From the NCBI GenBank assembly GCA_045606105.1, contig JAZURI010000003.1:96001-160000 (forward strand): DNA of 64,000 nucleotides, read 5' to 3'. Position 1 is the first letter of the stretch, and every line of letters starts with the position of its first letter. Source of the DNA: Spirochaetia bacterium. Lineage in GTDB: Bacteria > Spirochaetota > Spirochaetia > CADAEX01. This document shows, in pieces, positions 60,523 to 64,000 of the stretch. The notes below the pieces were generated by a model. That model searched no databases. It worked only from the letters and a program-made list of their open reading frames with translations, and had not been told where the DNA came from. A program made the translations under genes and the position numbers.

Positions 60523-61691
60523 TTTTCATACATCCTGCAATGATTCTTAATTCCGGAAAATCTGAAAAGTCCGGTGGTTACGGCAGGGTTTACACAGTTG
60601 CCTGAATCTTCGGCAAGAATATCCGAGAAACTGTAGAATTCAAGATATGTGTCAAAATCTATTTCCTTCCTGTTCTTCAGCATGTTTTCATGGAAAGCGG
60701 TACGGAGTCTCTCTCTGTAGCCAGGTACAAATCTTCCGGTAAAGAATTCTCCGGCACACCCCGATCCGTAGCTGAAAAGGGCAATGCTCCTGTCGGTAAG
60801 ATCCTCTGTTTCATGATCAAGAAGGGAGCAGAGGGCAAAATATACCGATGCCGAATAGCAGTTGCCGATCTGTCGGCTGTAGGCAAGAGTAGGGGCAAGC
60901 TGATTTTCCAGCTCTTCCTTGGATTTGAGGCTTCCTGCCTCCTTTGCAAGCTTTCCGTGGGCCTTTATTCCCATTGATGAGAATGGAAGGTGGTAGCAGA
61001 ACCTGAATATTTCATCAAAGGTGATACCTGTATTCCGGACAAGCTCCTTCCAGGATTCCTTTGCAGTCTTGACATAGTTAATCATGGAAAACTTTCCGTC
61101 AAGGATAGGATTGGAGCAATAGTTAGGTCTCCAGAAATCCCATGTGCTGGCACAGTAACATCCGCTTTTTTCATCGATTATCATGAGCTTTGGATCAGCC
61201 TTTACAATCATGGCAACAGCACCGCAGCCCTGAGTTGCTTCACCCGGTGAATCAAGCTCGTATCTGGCAATATCGGCAGAAATTACAAGGACACTTTTTT
61301 CAGGGTTCCTGGCAGCAATGGCACAGGCGGCCTGAAGTGCTGCGGTGGAGGCATAGCATGCCTGCTTAAGCTCGGCAACACGACAGTTCGGAGAAAGTCC
61401 CAGCAGATCATGGACAAATACAGCCGCCGATTTTGACTGGTCGGTACCGCTTTCGGTTGCAAACAGCAGAGTTCCGATATCTGACGGATCTGTTCTTTCC
61501 AGAAGGGCCGAAGCTGCATTGGCTGCCATGGTAATGATATCTTCATCAGGTGCCGGAATTCCGATTTTCTCTATTCCGATTCCATCTTTGAATTTGTTGT
61601 AGTCCGTATTCCTTTCATCTGCAAGTGTGTGTAAATCCAGGTAGAAAGGAGATGTATAAAAAGCTATATCATCAATGCCTGTCTTAATCAT
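60501..61691 (-). CDS. mvaS: Hydroxymethylglutaryl-CoA synthase
   Basis: ATESGTDQSK, KQACY, HLPF, GNCYSAS, FSYGSG. Confidence 0.95.
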   Translation of the reverse strand: MIKTGIDDIAFYTSPFYLDLHTLADERNTDYNKFKDGIGIEKIGIPAPDEDIITMAANAASALLERTDPSDIGTLLFATESGTDQSKSAAVFVHDLLGLSPNCRVAELKQACYASTAALQAACAIAARNPEKSVLVISADIARYELDSPGEATQGCGAVAMIVKADPKLMIIDEKSGCYCASTWDFWRPNYCSNPILDGKFSMINYVKTAKESWKELVRNTGITFDEIFRFCYHLPFSSMGIKAHGKLAKEAGSLKSKEELENQLAPTLAYSRQIGNCYSASVYFALCSLLDHETEDLTDRSIALFSYGSGCAGEFFTGRFVPGYRERLRTAFHENMLKNRKEIDFDTYLEFYSFSDILAEDSGNCVNPAVTTGLFRFSGIKNHCRMYEKCQQSTE

Positions 61692-62709
61692 TTTTTATCC
61701 TTAAATCACTGTTTCCGATAATCCCGCCTACATTTTTCTTTCCGAGCAGAAACATGGTAAGCTTGAATTCTGTATGTATTTTTTCAATAAGCCTCACGAC
61801 TTCATCCGGAGATGAAAGGGCTGCTTTCAGGAACGGCAGGGCTGCTGCCCCCATTCCGGCACCCAGTGTCATTGCTTTCACAATGTCGGTTCCCGATCTT
61901 ATTCCTCCTCCGGCTATAAGGAACAGATCCTTTCTGTATTTTCCGGCCTGAATCAGGGATTCCGCTGTTGTCAGACCCCAGTCCTGGAATTTCAGTCCCG
62001 ATGAAGCCTCCTCTCCGCTGCAGAGATACTCTATCCTGCTCCAGGAGGTACCGCCCCTGCCGGCCACATCAATATATCTTATTCCGCAATTTATTAAAAG
62101 GGCATAATCATCGGATGAAAGACCGCAGCCGGTTTCCTTGATCATGAGAGGAACGGGAAGCTCCCATCTTATCTCCCTGATTTTTTCACACAGTCCGGCA
62201 AAGTTTCTGTTTCCGTTTTTCTGAATCATCTCCTGAAGGGGATTCAGATGGAGAAAAAGGGCATCTGCATCCATTATTTCTGCAGCTTCCCGGCACTCCT
62301 TCAGTCCGAAGCCGTAATTGAGCTGAACTGCTCCCAGATTTCCTATAAGGGGAACTGTAGGTGCATATTCCCTGAGTCTGAAGCTTTCCTCCGCATTTTT
62401 GTCGGAGAACATTATTCTCTGGGAACCGACAGCCATGGCAACACCGCATTTCTCCGCAGCTGTGGCAAGATTCCTGTTTATCCTGATGATTTCAGGGTCA
62501 GAGCCACCTGTCATGGAGGAAATCATGAACGGAAACGAAAGCTTTTTTCCGAGAAACATGACAGATGTATCAATATCATCAAAATCGGTTTCCGGAAGGG
62601 CCCTGTGAATCAGCCTGATTTCGTCAAGTCCGGAGCATTTCCTGTCGGCATCACTGTCGGAAAGACATTTTTCTATATGTGCCAGCTTTCTTCTGAGTAT
62701 TTCGCTCAT
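61684..62709 (-). CDS. fni: Type 2 isopentenyl-diphosphate delta-isomerase
   Basis: SSMTGG, GSQR, HLNPLQE, KETGCG, GRGGTSW. Confidence 0.95.
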   Translation of the reverse strand: MSEILRRKLAHIEKCLSDSDADRKCSGLDEIRLIHRALPETDFDDIDTSVMFLGKKLSFPFMISSMTGGSDPEIIRINRNLATAAEKCGVAMAVGSQRIMFSDKNAEESFRLREYAPTVPLIGNLGAVQLNYGFGLKECREAAEIMDADALFLHLNPLQEMIQKNGNRNFAGLCEKIREIRWELPVPLMIKETGCGLSSDDYALLINCGIRYIDVAGRGGTSWSRIEYLCSGEEASSGLKFQDWGLTTAESLIQAGKYRKDLFLIAGGGIRSGTDIVKAMTLGAGMGAAALPFLKAALSSPDEVVRLIEKIHTEFKLTMFLLGKKNVGGIIGNSDLRIKND

Positions 62710-63740
62710 CTGGTTTTATTTCCCCTTTCAATTCTGATATGGGCCTTCATGAGCTCTCCGGGATTGGCTTCTGCAGCCATAAGTGAAAGCTCTCCGCACA
62801 GTACTGCCGCACCGCATATTGCAGCCAGCCTCATGCTGTCGGCTCCCGGTTCATCACCGGAGCTGCATCCCAGATCTGTAAGATTCTTTTCGGCATAAGG
62901 GGCATTTTTTCCGTTTCCTACCGTTCCCAGTATGAGATTAGGCATGGTGCACGAGAAATAAAGTGCTCCGTTCCTGACCTCTGCATAGGTAATTCCCTGA
63001 GAGCCCTCTACTATGTTTGCCGCATCCTGTCCCGTTGCCAGATAAAAAGCCAGAAGCATGTTGGCATAATGGGCATTGGCGCTGCAAAGGCTTCCTGCCA
63101 GTATGGAGCCCAGAAGATTTTTTCTGTTGTTGAGGGAAACAATCTTTTCCGGTGTGGTATTGAGATATTCCCTGCATATTTCTTCCGGTACGGTTATTTC
63201 GGCAATTACATTCTTTCCTCTGCCGAGAATGCTGTTTACAGCCGATACTTTTTTATCGCAGCAGAAGTTTCCCGAAATAGAGCAGTAGGTAAGGGTGGTG
63301 AATTTTTCAAGGATCCATCCGAAAACCCTGTCTGCCGCATTGGTAACCATATTGTGTCCGGATGCATCTCCGGTAAAGAATTCAAGTCTGAGATATATGA
63401 GATTGGCTGCCAGCCTGTAGTTTATATCCTTCAATCTGGCAAATCTGGAGCTTTTGGATACTATTTTCTGTATTTCCTCTGCAGAATCCTTAATTTCTCC
63501 GGCACATCTCAGTGCTTCTGTCCCGTCAGGTGCCTCGAGGATGATGCTTCTGGTCATTCTGCTGTCTGTTACGGTAATTCCTATTCCTCCGGAAAGCCGG
63601 CTGATCCTGGCTCCCCTGGAGACCGAAAACCAGAGAGGTGTTTCAAGGGTTGCCAAAGGAACACTTATTTCCTCACTGAGAGCCCCTGTTATTTTTATCG
63701 GTCCTACATTCCTCATGGGAATCTGGGCAAATGTTTGCAA
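62706..63740 (-). CDS. Hydroxymethylglutaryl-CoA reductase (NADPH/class I-like bacterial type)
   Basis: PLATLE, TGDASGHNMVT, SGNFCCDKK, TGQDAAN, GELSL; TTG start with GGAG RBS. Confidence 0.92.
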   Translation of the reverse strand: MQTFAQIPMRNVGPIKITGALSEEISVPLATLETPLWFSVSRGARISRLSGGIGITVTDSRMTRSIILEAPDGTEALRCAGEIKDSAEEIQKIVSKSSRFARLKDINYRLAANLIYLRLEFFTGDASGHNMVTNAADRVFGWILEKFTTLTYCSISGNFCCDKKVSAVNSILGRGKNVIAEITVPEEICREYLNTTPEKIVSLNNRKNLLGSILAGSLCSANAHYANMLLAFYLATGQDAANIVEGSQGITYAEVRNGALYFSCTMPNLILGTVGNGKNAPYAEKNLTDLGCSSGDEPGADSMRLAAICGAAVLCGELSLMAAEANPGELMKAHIRIERGNKTR

Positions 63741-63750
63741 TATATTCTCC

Positions 63751-63999
63751 TTAAGTCAGATCCTGTCTGCCGTTTTCCCTGATCAATCCGAGAACATCCC
63801 TCAGTTTCTGGGATGAACCTTTTTTACATACCAGAGCTTTTCCGTTCTTTATTACAACAATTATATCATCAACATCGCACAAGGCAACAGGAATATCTGA
63901 AAAAACAGTACTGTTTTCAGAATTTACCCTGAAAATATCATCTTCCTTCCGCCCCTTCAGGAGGGTCTCGAACTGGTCCCAGCTTCCTATGTCGTTCCA
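63751..63999 (-). CDS. Mannose-1-phosphate guanylyltransferase, C-terminal part (truncated by window edge)
   Basis: My translation: WNDIGSWDQF...DIPVALCDVDDIIVV...KKGSSQKL; not in the ORF track. Confidence 0.8.
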   Translation of the reverse strand, partial: WNDIGSWDQFETLLKGRKEDDIFRVNSENSTVFSDIPVALCDVDDIIVVIKNGKALVCKKGSSQKLRDVLGLIRENGRQDLT

Positions 64000-64000
64000 G

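Overview
This is a gene-dense chromosomal window, probably from a spirochaete (Spirochaetales-like; inferred from protein styles and gene sets such as the TIGR03545/03546 pair, an antiporter-EIIA fusion and an archaeal-type cytidylate kinase). It carries housekeeping genes (fba, alr, yajC-secD-secF, gap-pgk-tpiA-secG, nusB, map, murC), four tRNAs and a PerR-rubrerythrin module. An accessory region (about 20.8-35 kb) holds a type III R-M island bracketed by a 20-bp direct repeat, and a six-gene mevalonate operon lies near the right end. The most striking signal is a dispersed motif, GGGGACAGAGG(A/T), with at least 21 exact copies counted by eye (about 0.03 expected by chance). 17 copies lie inside coding sequences, in five different reading frames, and appear to be substitutions rather than insertions. 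The motif also forms a tandem pair just upstream of an HUH/Y1 REP-associated tyrosine transposase (RAYT) and a perfect 35-bp palindrome about 1 kb downstream of it. This suggests an undescribed RAYT-linked, or DNA-uptake-like, genome-marking system. All calls are by eye, with no database searches.
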